NCBI RefSeq assembly: GCF_004010195.1
Contig: NW_025215365.1
Location: 44,362-108,361 of the forward strand
Direction: 5' to 3'
Origin: Chiloscyllium plagiosum
Taxonomy: Eukaryota
Length of the DNA stretch: 64,000 nucleotides
Below the pieces are notes generated by a model. It was not told where the DNA came from. It worked only from the letters and a program-made list of their open reading frames with translations, and searched no databases. Of this stretch, positions 11,934 through 23,330 are shown in pieces. The position numbers and the translations under genes are program-made. Position 1 is the stretch's first letter. Every line of letters begins with the position of its first letter.

Positions 11934-13566
11934 ATCAGTACAGGTACAGTCAGTAACACAGCGTGCTGAGGGGATACTGAGTGACAGTGTGAGGGAGCTG
12001 GATTAACATCAGTACAGGTACAGTCAGTAACACAGCGTGCTGAGGGGTTACTGAGTCACAGTGTGAGGGAGCTGGATTAACATCAGTACAGGTACAGTCA
12101 GTAACACAGGATGCTGAGGGATTACTGAGTGAAGTGTGAGGGAGCTGGATTAACATCAGTACAGGTACAGTCAGTAACACAGCGTGCTGAGGGGATACTG
12201 AGTGACAGTGTGAGGGAGCTGGATTAACATCAGTACAGGTACAGTCAGTAACACAGGGTGCTGAGGAATTACTGAGTGACAGTGTGTGGGGGCTGGATTA
12301 ACATCAGTACAGATATGGTCAGTAACACAGGGTGCTGAGGGGTTACTGAGTGACAGTGTGAGGGAGCTGGATTAACATCAGTACAAATACAGTCAGTAAC
12401 ACAGCGTGCTGAGGGGTTATTGAGTGACAGTGTGAGGGAGCTGGATTAACATCAGTACAGGTACAGTCAGTAACACAGGGTGCTGAGGGATTACTGAGTC
12501 ACAGTGTGAGGCAGCTGGATTAACATCAGTACAGATATGGTCAGTAGCACAGGGTGCTGAGGGGTTACTGCGTGACAGTGTGAGGGAGCTGGATTAACAT
12601 CAGTACAGGTACAGTCAGTAACACAGGGTGCTGAGGGGTTACTGAGTGACTGTGTGAGGGAGTTGGATTAACATCAGTACAGATACAGTCAATAACACTG
12701 AGTGCTGAGGAGGTACTGAGTGACAGTATGAGGGAGCAGGATTAACATCAGTACAAATACAGTCAGTAACACTGGGTGCTGAATGGGTTACTGAGTGACA
12801 GTGTGAGGGAGCTGGATTAACATCAGTACAGATACAGTCAGTAACACCGTGTGCTGAGGGGTTAGTGAGTGACTGTGTGAGGGAGCTGGATTAACATCAG
12901 TACAGATACAGTCAGTAACACAGCGTGCTGAGGGGATACCGAGTGACAGTGTGAGGGAGCTGGATTAACATCAGTACAGATACAGTCAGTAACACAGGGT
13001 GCTGAGGGGATACCGAGTGACAGTGTGAGGGAGTTGGATTAACATCAGTATAGGTACAGTCAGTAACACAGGGTGCTGTGGGGTTACTGAGTGACAGTGT
13101 GAGGGAGTTGGATTAACATCAGTACAGGTACAGTCAGTAACACAGGGTGCTGAGGGGTTACTGAGTGACAGTATGAGGGAGTTGGATTAACATCAGTACA
13201 GATACAGTCAATAACACTGAGTGCTTAGGAGTTACTGAGTGACAGTATGAGGGAGCAGGATTAACATCAGTACAAATACAGTCAGTAACACCGTGTGCTG
13301 AGGAGTTACTGAGTGACAGTGTGAGGGAGCTGGATTAACATCAGTACAGATACAGTCAGTAACACCGTGTGCTGAGGGTTTACTGAGTCACAGTGTGAGT
13401 GAGCTGGATTAACATCAGTACAGGTACAGTCAGTAACACAGCGTGCTGAGGGGTTACTGAGTGACAGTGTGAGGGAGCTGGATTAACATCAGTACAGGTA
13501 CAGTCAGTAACACAGTGTACTGAGGGGTTACTGAGTGACAGTGTGAGGGAGTGGATTAACATCAGT
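11934..13566. repeat. Tandem array, 74-bp unit, ~22 copies
   Basis: Unit catcagtacaggtacagtcagtaacacagcgtgctgaggggttactgagtgacagtgtgagggagctggattaa; period measured from gattaa at 12001 and 12075. Confidence 0.95.
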
Positions 13567-14264
13567 CTGGAAAAGTGATTGCATGAGCCACAGTAAATGA
13601 TATTGTCAAAACAGTGAGAGCTCCCTCTGAACAAGGACAGACGAACTTGCCGTATACATCCACTGAATTCAACTTTAACTACCTCGGCAGTCACAGGGTC
13701 CAAACGTTATGGAGTGAATAAGCTTAGCCATCCATCTCTTCAGATTACTGAGGTGTGCAGGATCTCTCAGTGATGGGGAAAACACAACTCCAATATCTCC
13801 TGATGTTCTCCGGTGATGGCTACAACTTGTTGCAATACTGTCAGCGGCAGGAGATGTTCTCTTCTATAGTGAGACCCTCTGGATGCTTAGACTACCAGTG
13901 TCTCAGTTTCTATACCAATCTGTGAACCAAAGTCTCTGCTCTCATCTGATCCCAGCTTGCTGAACAGCCCCAGTTTGAATTACATTAGCACTGGTGCTGC
14001 TAAAACTCTCTAAAACTCTCTCTCTTGACTCTCCATAAAACCCAATGTGGAGCAAAATTAGTTCACTCTCTACCACCCAATGGGGGCTCAGTATCTGGTC
14101 ACATCTCTGTAACGGACCTTGAGATACATCATTATAATGTTAGGTGAACGTTGAAAGATCTCTATTCCTCACACAATCAGCTCCAACATGTTCATGAGCC
14201 GTACTCACTTCTTCATATTTAACTACACACCAGATCCAAATACTATATGCAACATATATTAATA

Positions 14265-15330
14265 TTAATGAGTTAAATGAGGGAACTAAGTGTGATATCT
14301 CCAATTTTCCAGACAGCACAAAGCTGGAAGGAGGGGGAGATGTGAGGAGGATGCAGAAATGCTTCAGTGTGATTTGGACTGGCTGAGGGAGGGGGCAAAT
14401 GTATGGCAGATAAAGTGTAATGTGGATAAATGTGAGGTTATCCACCTTGGTCATTTAAAAAAAAGGCCTATAATTATCTGAATGTTGATAGTTTGGGAAC
14501 GGGGGAGGTGCAATGGGACTTGGATGTCCCTGTACACCAGTCACTGAAAGTTAAGTGTGCAGGAGCAGCAGGGGGGGGGAAGATGGTTAAATGGTATAAA
14601 AACCCAAAATGTGGATGCTGTAAATCAGAAACAAGAACAGGGATTGCTGGAAAAGCTCAGCAGGTTTGGCAGTGTCTGAGGAGAGCAATCAGAGTTGAGT
14701 GATCCTTCCTCAGAAACGTTAACTCTGATTTCTGTCCACAGATGCTGCCAGACCTGCTGAGCCTTTCCAGCAGTTTCTGGGAAGGTAAGTGGTCTTCAGA
14801 GTGAGAGGATTCGAGTACAGGAGCAGGGATGTCTTGCTGCAATTGTCCAGGGCCTTAGTGAGACCACACTTGGAGTACTGTGTGCAGTTTTTATCTGAGG
14901 AAGAATGTTCTGGAGCTGGAGGGAGCATGACAAAGGTTTACCAGACTGACTCCTGGGATGGCAGGACTGGCGTATGAAGAGACACTGAATCAGTTATGAT
15001 TACATTCACTGGGGTTTCGAAGAATGAGGGGGTTATCTGATGTTCCTGGTGACTGGGGACTCCAGAACCAGGGGTCATAGTCTAAGGAGACAGGGTCGGC
15101 CATTTTGGACTGAGATGAGGAGAAACATCTTCACCCAGAGAGTGGGGAGCCTCTGGAATTCTCTGCCACAGATAATGACTGAGGCCAAAACATGAAATAT
15201 TTTCAAGAAGGAGATAGATACGGATCTTGAGGTTAAAGGGGGAACAGGGGACTGAGTTGGATACTCAGCCACGATCATGTTGAATAGCAGAGCAGGCTCA
15301 AAGGGCCGAATGGCCTACTCCTACTCCCAA
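14265..15330 (+). mobile_element. CR1 LINE 3' part, interrupted by an inverted pLTR pair at ~14600-14780
   Basis: RGFEYRSRDVLLQLSRALVRPHLEYCVQF; tail agcaggctcaaagggccgaatggcctactcct. Confidence 0.85.
14600..14780. mobile_element. Inverted Penelope-like pLTR fragments
   Basis: tgctggaaaagctcagcaggtttggcag...aatcagagtt / aactctgatt...ctgccagacctgctgagcctttccagca. Confidence 0.75.
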
Positions 15331-16133
15331 GCACAATCTGTTTGATTGAAAATATGAACGGTGAGTTAGAACCGAGTGTCTCCTGCAGGGGAATGACAAG
15401 ATCCCATTTCGTTTCCGTCTGTTGCTGGACCGACGACAGAGCTCAGTCACTTTGGCCCGGCAATGGGTAACGACGCGGTCAAAATGTCTGACAACCGTGG
15501 CGCAACTACTCACCCGCGGCCTGAGGCCTGTTAACCTCACTCTACCTTTCCCCAAGCCCTTCAAAACAAAATACATATCGAGAGAGAGAGAGAGAGAGAG
15601 AGAGAGCCAGAATAAAAAAGAATGTGCAAACATCTCCCGGCAAATTGGAGGATTTGATTGGGTGGGACATGTGAAGGCAGGAGGAACAGTGAGTAGTAAC
15701 CTGCAGCAAGACAGGGGCAGTAACCCGGCGGCCATGTTATCCGTGCATGTGAGAGAGCGGCCTCTCTCAGGCCTGCTGTCACACCCACTGAGCACTGCGA
15801 TGGCTGATCTGAGAAATCGAGTTGGATTGCTGTCCCCTTCGTGACCAGGGCTCTGACTGTCCCTGTCGTATCAATTTTCCCCAGCACCACACAGCCTGTC
15901 GCTGTGAATTTACAAGGAGGGCCTGGGCAGCACACACACACACACACAGACACAGATACACAGACAGACAGATGCAGACACACAGAAGCACAGTGAGGAT
16001 GGTTCCATGCCAGTTGAGGAGTGGGCAGGCTGTGAGAGGGGTGGGAGGAGTTGGTGGGAGGGAGGGCAGTCAGTGCCTGAGCTGGTCTGCGTGCTGTCTC
16101 TGTCACGGTCAGTGGAATCCCCGGGAGGGAGGG

Positions 16134-17071
16134 NNNNNNNNNNNNNNNNNNNNNNNNNNNNNNNNNNNNNNNNNNNNNNNNNNNNNNNNNNNNNNNNNNN
16201 NNNNNNNNNNNNNNNNNNNNNNNNNNNNNNNNNNNNNNNNNNNNNNNNNNNNNNNNNNNNNNNNNNNNNNNNNNNNNNNNNNNNNNNNNNNNNNNNNNNN
16301 NNNNNNNNNNNNNNNNNNNNNNNNNNNNNNNNNNNNNNNNNNNNNNNNNNNNNNNNNNNNNNNNNNNNNNNNNNNNNNNNNNNNNNNNNNNNNNNNNNNN
16401 NNNNNNNNNNNNNNNNNNNNNNNNNNNNNNNNNNNNNNNNNNNNNNNNNNNNNNNNNNNNNNNNNNNNNNNNNNNNNNNNNNNNNNNNNNNNNNNNNNNN
16501 NNNNNNNNNNNNNNNNNNNNNNNNNNNNNNNNNNNNNNNNNNNNNNNNNNNNNNNNNNNNNNNNNNNNNNNNNNNNNNNNNNNNNNNNNNNNNNNNNNNN
16601 NNNNNNNNNNNNNNNNNNNNNNNNNNNNNNNNNNNNNNNNNNNNNNNNNNNNNNNNNNNNNNNNNNNNNNNNNNNNNNNNNNNNNNNNNNNNNNNNNNNN
16701 NNNNNNNNNNNNNNNNNNNNNNNNNNNNNNNNNNNNNNNNNNNNNNNNNNNNNNNNNNNNNNNNNNNNNNNNNNNNNNNNNNNNNNNNNNNNNNNNNNNN
16801 NNNNNNNNNNNNNNNNNNNNNNNNNNNNNNNNNNNNNNNNNNNNNNNNNNNNNNNNNNNNNNNNNNNNNNNNNNNNNNNNNNNNNNNNNNNNNNNNNNNN
16901 NNNNNNNNNNNNNNNNNNNNNNNNNNNNNNNNNNNNNNNNNNNNNNNNNNNNNNNNNNNNNNNNNNNNNNNNNNNNNNNNNNNNNNNNNNNNNNNNNNNN
17001 NNNNNNNNNNNNNNNNNNNNNNNNNNNNNNNNNNNNNNNNNNNNNNNNNNNNNNNNNNNNNNNNNNNNNNN
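16134..17071. other. Assembly gap (938 N)
   Basis: Run of N. Confidence 1.
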
Positions 17072-17375
17072 ACAAAGCAGAAAGAAAGACAGAAAGGGAA
17101 AGGGATACAGAAGAGGAGAGAAAGAAAGAGACAGAAAGGAAAAGAGAAAGGGACATAAGCAGAGAGAGAGAGAGAGAGAGAGAGAGACAGTGGCAGAAGG
17201 AGGAGAGAGAGTGCACGAGAAAACGAGACAGAAAGAGAGATAGGTAAAGAATGACGGCAAAAGACATAAAGAGGCAGTGACACGGGTAGAGAAAGAGAGA
17301 GGGACAGATGCAGACAGAGAGTGGGGAGGGGGACAAGAGACACAGAGGCAGAGAGAGAGAAAGAGAGAGATAGAG
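17072..17375. repeat. GA-rich low-complexity tract (polypyrimidine on the minus strand)
   Basis: (GA)n and purine-rich sequence directly visible. Confidence 0.9.
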
Positions 17376-17472
17376 TCAGAGTAAATGACACATTTGACTG
17401 AAGACAATGATGGAGTTTGACAGAGGGACTGAGAGAAAACCTTTCTGCTTCTAGGGAGTTCCAAAAGAGATA

Positions 17473-17790
17473 CATAGAATCCCTACAAGTCATTTGGCTG
17501 ATCGAGTCCACACCAACCCTCCAATGAGGATCCCACCCAGACCTATCCCCATAACCCAGCATTTCCCATGGCTAACCCACCTAGCCCGCACATCCCTGGA
17601 CACTACGGGGCAATTTAGCATGGCCAATCCTGCACATCTCTGGACTGTGGGAGGAAACTGGAGCACCTGGAGGAAACCCACGCAGACACGGGAAAAATGT
17701 TCAAACTCCACACAGAGAGTCGCCTGGGGCTGGAATTGAACCCAGGCCCCTGGTGCAGTAAAGCAGCAGTGCTAACCACTATGCCACCCC
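17473..17790 (-). mobile_element. HE1-type SINE
   Basis: Head, V-domain and tail motifs in reverse orientation. Confidence 0.85.
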
Positions 17791-17834
17791 AAATTGGCTT
17801 GAATGCACGCGTCACTATAAGGTGACTAACGTTT

Positions 17835-18070
17835 TAGATTCTCTACAGCGTGGAAACAGGCCCTTCGGCCCAACAAGTCCACACCGACCTTCCGAGGCGC
17901 AACCCACCCAGAGCCATTCCCCTACATTTACCCCTTCACCTAACACTATGGGCAATTTAGCATGGCCAACTCACCTAACCTGCACATTTTTGGACTGTGG
18001 GAGGAAACTGGAGCACCCGGAGGAAACCCACGCAAACACTGGGAGAATGTGCAAACTCCACACAGAGAGT
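17835..18070 (-). mobile_element. HE1-type SINE, 5'-truncated
   Basis: ggaaacaggcccttcggccc...gaggaaacccacgcaaacactgggagaatgtgcaaactcc. Confidence 0.85.
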
Positions 18071-18071
18071 T

Positions 18072-18490
18072 GCTGGACCAGCATTTATTGCCCGTCCCTA
18101 GTTACCCCTTGAGAAGGCGGTGGTGAGCTGCCTTATTGAACTGCTGCAGTCCATATGCTGTAGGTTGACCCTTAGGGAGGGAATTCCAGGATATTGACCC
18201 AACAACAGTAAAGGAGGTCAACGATCATCCCTTCTCGATTTGGCAGAGAACTTGTGAGGCCATTGCTATGGGTCTGGAGTCACATGTAGGCCAGACCAGG
18301 TAAGGATGGCAGATTGCCTTCCCTAAAGGTTAGCAAAGAATATGAACTGCTTCACCGAATGACTGTTAGTCGGAATGGTTGATCTGGCTTTGTTAATTAA
18401 TTGGATCAAAATTCCACCTGATGTGGTCTCGAATCGTTTTCCCCGGAAAATCATCCTAGAGGCTCTGGTCCATTAGCTCAGTTACCACAA
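18072..18490 (-). mobile_element. Second tRNA-derived SINE family (tail shared with the RTEX-like LINE)
   Basis: gcatttattgcccgtccctag...gggtctggagtcacatgtaggccagaccaggtaaggatggcag. Confidence 0.7.
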
Positions 18491-18599
18491 GGGCCAAAAT
18501 CTCTGGTTGGCTGGGTTTGAGGGAATGCTACAGGAGAACGTGAGGGAGAAGAGAATGCGTGTGGGGAGGAGGCTTGCGCTGGACTGGGCCAAATGGCCC

Positions 18600-18700
18600 G
18601 TTTCTCCTGATGAAGGGCTTATGCCCATAATGTTGACTCTCCTGCTCCTCGGATGCTGCCTGACCTGCTGCGCTTTTCCAGCGCCATGCATTTCGACTCT
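18600..18700 (+). mobile_element. Penelope-like pLTR fragment with degenerate hammerhead motif
   Basis: CTGATGA-A-GGGC-TTAT-GCCC-ataat(GAAAC mutated)-GTT, then cggatgctgcctgacctgctg. Confidence 0.7.
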
Positions 18701-18750
18701 GTCCCTAGTGCCACACGTTCTAGCTAATTGAGATGGGGACAACTACTTAC

Positions 18751-18840
18751 ATTCAGGGCCTGTGGACTATAGATCCTGCCAGCTCCCAGACCATCACCGT
18801 AGCCACCTGTCTGGTTGATAACATGGCGCAGCGAGTCCAC
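18751..18840 (-). CDS. PBX: PBX-family TALE homeobox gene, internal coding exon (equivalent to exon 8 of PBX1/PBX3), 90 nt
   Basis: Acceptor tctgttccag|, donor |gtaagt; translates [30 protein letters not shown], matching recalled PBX1/3 VDTLRHVI(S/N)QTGGYSDGL...YSP; phase 0-0; paralogue unresolved. Confidence 0.95.
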
Positions 18841-19081
18841 CTGGAACAGAGAGCAACAGGCTTCGGTCACACTGTACCACCATTCCCCACCGCCTGGCGA
18901 TGGTGCCCATCCTCACTGTGCAGTGAGCTGGCACCATCAGACAGCATTTGAGGACTACCTCACCATCTTTCCCCATGCCCTCTCTCCATGCAGCCTGTGT
19001 ATGAGGGTGGGCTGCAGAAATGCTTGTCCAGAGGTCCAAGAGAAACCAAGCCTCCGGCTTGTAGAAGGAGTTTTTGTTTAA

Positions 19082-19403
19082 ATTCATTCATGGGATGATG
19101 GCATCACTGGTTATGCCAGCCATTTATCGCCTGCCTCTAACTGCCCAGAGTCAACCACAGTGCTGAGGATCTGGAGTCACATATAGGCTAGATCACATAA
19201 AGGACATGAGGAAACCAGATGGGTTTTAACTGACTATCATTTTTCCCCATGGTCATCACTAGACTCTTAATTCCAGGTTTTTTTAAAATGTTAGATTCAA
19301 ATCCACTGTCTGCCAGGGCAGGATCTGAACCCAAATCCCCACAACACTAACGAGATCCCTGGATTAATAGTCCAGTGATAATACCCCCAGACCGTCACCT
19401 CCA
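19082..19403 (-). mobile_element. Second tRNA-derived SINE family
   Basis: gagtcaaccacagtgctgaggatctggagtcac...ggatctgaaccc...ctggattaatagtccagtgataat. Confidence 0.7.
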
Positions 19404-19609
19404 CTATAACGGCCAACTGTTAGCAGTGATCTCAGGTCAGGAGGCTGGACCCTGCCAGGGAATGGTTCTCTGATGAAGTCCTGCAACAGTCTACTTGGTA
19501 AGTGATGCAAACCGACAAGAAATGGGTCTTTGTTTATAACTGCCTGGTGTCCAGTGCTTTATTACTGGAGCTAGGTGAGACTCCAGTCGCAGTTAGAGTG
19601 CAATTGCGA

Positions 19610-19980
19610 GTCACAGAGTTATAGAGATGTACAGCACTTTTCGGTCCAACTCATCCATACCAACCAGATATCCTAAATTAATCTAGTCCTATTTGCCAGC
19701 ATTTGGCAAATATCCCTCCAAACCCTTCCTATTCATATACCCATATCCCTTTCAAATGTTGCAATTGTAACAGCCTCCACCACTTCCTCCACCAGCTCAT
19801 TCCATACATGCACCACCCTCTATGTGAAAAAGTTGCCCCTTTGGTCTCTTTTAAAACTTATCCCCCCCCCTCAGTGTAAAGCTATGCCCTCTAGTTTTGG
19901 ACGCCCCCATCCAGGGAAAGGATTACAGCTATTCACCCTATCCATACCCTTCATGATTTTATACACCTCGATAAGGTTGA
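19610..19980 (-). mobile_element. CR1/HER1 LINE 3' end
   Basis: atagagatgtacagcac...ttcatgattttatacacctc, reverse of the HER1 tail. Confidence 0.85.
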
Positions 19981-20001
19981 GGTCTATTGACATTTTGTTG
20001 A

Positions 20002-22631
20002 AATGAAGGTATTAATCTTTCCACAATGAGGTACTAATTTCCGCACAATTAAGGTACTAATCTCACCACAATGAGGGTACTAATCTCTTCACAATTAAGG
20101 TACTAATCACTCCACAATGAAGGTACTAATCTCTCCACAACGAAGGTACTAATCCTCCACAGTGAAGGTACTAACTCTCCACAGTGAAGGTACTAATCTC
20201 TCCATAGTGAAGGTACTAATCTCTCTACAATGAAGGTACTAATCTCTCCACAATGAGGGTACTAATCTCTTCACAATTAAGGTACTAATCCCTCCACAAT
20301 GAAGGTACTAATCTCTCCACAACGAAGGTATAATCCTCCACAGTGAAGGTACTAACTCTCCACAGTGAAGGTACTAATCTCTCCATAGTGAAGGTACTAA
20401 TCTCTCTACAATGAAGGTACTAATCTCTCCACAATGAGGTACTAATCTCTTCACAATTAAGGTACTAATCCCTCCACAATGAAGGTACTAATCTCTCCAC
20501 AATAAAGGTACTAATCTCTCCACAATGAAGGTACTAATCTCTCCACAGTGAAGGTACTAATCTCTCCACAATAAAGGTACTAATCCTCCACAGTGAAGGT
20601 ACTAACTCTCCACAGTGAAGGTACTAATCTCTCCATAGTGAAGGTACTAATCTCTCTACAATGAAGGTACTAATCTCTCCACAATGAGGGTACTAATCTC
20701 CCCACAATGAAGGTACTAATCTTTTCACAATGAAGGTACTAATCTCTCCACAGTGAAGGTAAAAAGCTCACCACAATGATGGTACTAATCTCTCCACAGT
20801 GAGGATACTAATCTCTCCACAATGAAGGTACTAATCTCTCCACAATAAAGGTACTAATCACTCCACAGTGAAGGTACTAATCTCTCCACAATAAAGGTAC
20901 TAATCTCTCCACAGTGAAGGTACTAATCTCTCCACAGTGAAGGTACTAATCTCTCCACAGTGAAGGTACTAATCTCTCCACAGTGAAGGTACTAATCTCT
21001 CCACAGTGAAGGTACTAATCTCTCCACAGTGAAGGTACTAATCTCTCCACAGTGAAGGTACTAATCTCTCCACAGTGAAGGTACTAATCTCTCCACAGTG
21101 AAGGTACTAATCTCTCCACAGTGAAGGTACTAATCTCTCCACAGTGAAGGTACTAATCTCTCCACAGTGAAGGTACTAATCTCTCCACAGTGAAGGTACT
21201 AATCTCTCCACAGTGAAGGTACTAATCTCTCCACAGTGAAGGTACTAATCTCTCCACAGTGAAGGTACTAATCTCTCCACAGTGAAGGTACTAATCTCTC
21301 CACAGTGAAGGTACTAATCTCTCCACAGTGAAGGTACTAATCTCTCCACAGTGAAGGTACTAATCTCTCCACAGTGAAGGTACTAATCTCTCCACAGTGA
21401 AGGTACTAATCTCTCCACAGTGAAGGTACTAATCTCTCCACAGTGAAGGTACTAATCTCTCCACAGTGAAGGTACTAATCTCTCCACAGTGAAGGTACTA
21501 ATCTCTCCACAGTGAAGGTACTAATCTCTCCACAGTGAAGGTACTAATCTCTCCACAGTGAAGGTACTAATCTCTCCACAGTGAAGGTACTAATCTCTCC
21601 ACAGTGAAGGTACTAATCTCTCCACAGTGAAGGTACTAATCTCTCCACAGTGAAGGTACTAATCTCTCCACAGTGAAGGTACTAATCTCTCCACAGTGAA
21701 GGTACTAATCTCTCCACAGTGAAGGTACTAATCTCTCCACAGTGAAGGTACTAATCTCTCCACAGTGAAGGTACTAATCTCTCCACAGTGAAGGTACTAA
21801 TCTCTCCACAGTGAAGGTACTAATCTCTCCACAGTGAAGGTACTAATCTCTCCACAATGAAGGTACTAATCACTCCACAGTGAAGGTACTAATCTCTCCA
21901 CAATAAAGGTACTAATCACTCCACAGTGAAAGTACTAATCTCTCCACAGTGAAGGTACTAATCTCTCCACAATAAAGATACTAATCACTCCACAGTGAAG
22001 GTACTAATCTCTCCATAGTGAAGGTACTAATCTCACCACAATGAATCTCTCCATAGTGAAGGTACTAATCTCACCACAATGAAGGTACTAATCTCTCCAC
22101 AGTGAAGGTACAGATCTCTGAACAGTGAAGGTACTAATCTCTCAATAATGAAGGTACTAATCACTCCACAATGAAGGTACAAATCTCTCCACAATGAAGG
22201 TACTAATCTCTCAACAGTGAAGGTACTAATCTCACCACAATGAAGGTACTAATCACTCCACAATGAAGGTACAAATCTCACCACAATGAAGGTACTAATC
22301 TCTCAACAGTGAAGGTACTAATCTCTCCACAATGAAGGTACTAATTTCTCCACAATGAAGGTACTAATCTCTCAACAGTGAAGGGACTAATCTCTCCACA
22401 ATGAAGGTACTAATCTCTCCATAGTGAAGGTACTAATCTCTCCACAGTGAAGGTACTAATCTCTCTACAATGAAGATACTAATCTCTCCACAATGAAGGT
22501 ACTCATCTCTCAACAGTGAAGGTACTAATCTCTCTACAACGAAGGCACTAATCTCTCTACAATGAAGGGACTAATCTCTCCATAACGAATTTACTGATCT
22601 CTCTGCAATGAAGGTATCAATCTGTCCACAA
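20002..22631. repeat. Tandem array, 23-bp unit (tgaaggtactaatctctccacag), ~114 copies
   Basis: Near-perfect core at ~20915-21850 with degenerate flanks. Confidence 0.97.
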
Positions 22632-22819
22632 ATGGTTGGAGGGCCTCTGCCAGTTAAAGCTCAATTTCTGATGCAAATAAAAATATTACTGGAGCTATTA
22701 AATGTTGCACCATTTAAATTTTTAAAGGACTGTTGTATTTATTCATCACTAATATGCGTAAGATCTGTTCAGCTAAATTAGTCAACAAAGAATCTGTTCA
22801 ATTTCTGATTGCCTGGAAT

Positions 22820-23330
22820 TGCAGCAGATATAACGCACAGAAACAGGCCATTTGGCCTAACCAGTCCATGTTGGTGCTTACCCTCCACTGCAGCCTCCTC
22901 CCACCTTTCCTCATTTAGATCCCCCACCCTAACCCTCTATTCCTTTCTCCCTCCTATGTTGGTACAGTTTTCCCGCCAACCACAAAGATACTGTTAATTT
23001 CAACTATTCCCTGTGGGAGTGAGCACCACATTCTCTCTGCCCTCCAGCTGAACAGTTTTCTCCTGAATTCCCTGTTGGATTTCCTGGGGACTGTCTGATT
23101 TTGACGGTGTCTAGGTACACTCATCCCCACATGAGGAAACATTCTCTCTCCGTCTAGCTATCCATTCAACCAAAACCTCTCATTATTTGAAAAAGACTTA
23201 CATGAGTCACCCGTCAGCCTTCATTTTCCAAGAGAGCAGAGACCTTGTCTGTTCATCTTTCCCCAGAGGTAAAACTCTCAGTCCTGATTTTATCCTTGTT
23301 AATCTGTTCTGGATCCTATCCACTGTCTCT
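22820..23330 (-). mobile_element. Old CR1 LINE 3' fragment
   Basis: cagaaacaggccatttggcc tail; ttaatctgttctggatcctatcc reads DRIQNRLTR on the minus strand. Confidence 0.6.

Noticed and set aside
15514..15557. Minus-strand 44-nt segment with good acceptor and gtgagt donor, as an alternative PBX last coding exon (GLGKVE*)
   Set aside because: No PBX similarity and an immediate stop; cannot be distinguished from a pseudo-exon
15779..15991. Minus-strand ORF after a CAG acceptor, as the PBX terminal exon
   Set aside because: No resemblance to the conserved PBX C-terminus
15561..17562. Long ORFs (383-591 aa) in the ORF track
   Set aside because: They run through the N gap and GA/CA microsatellites; artefacts
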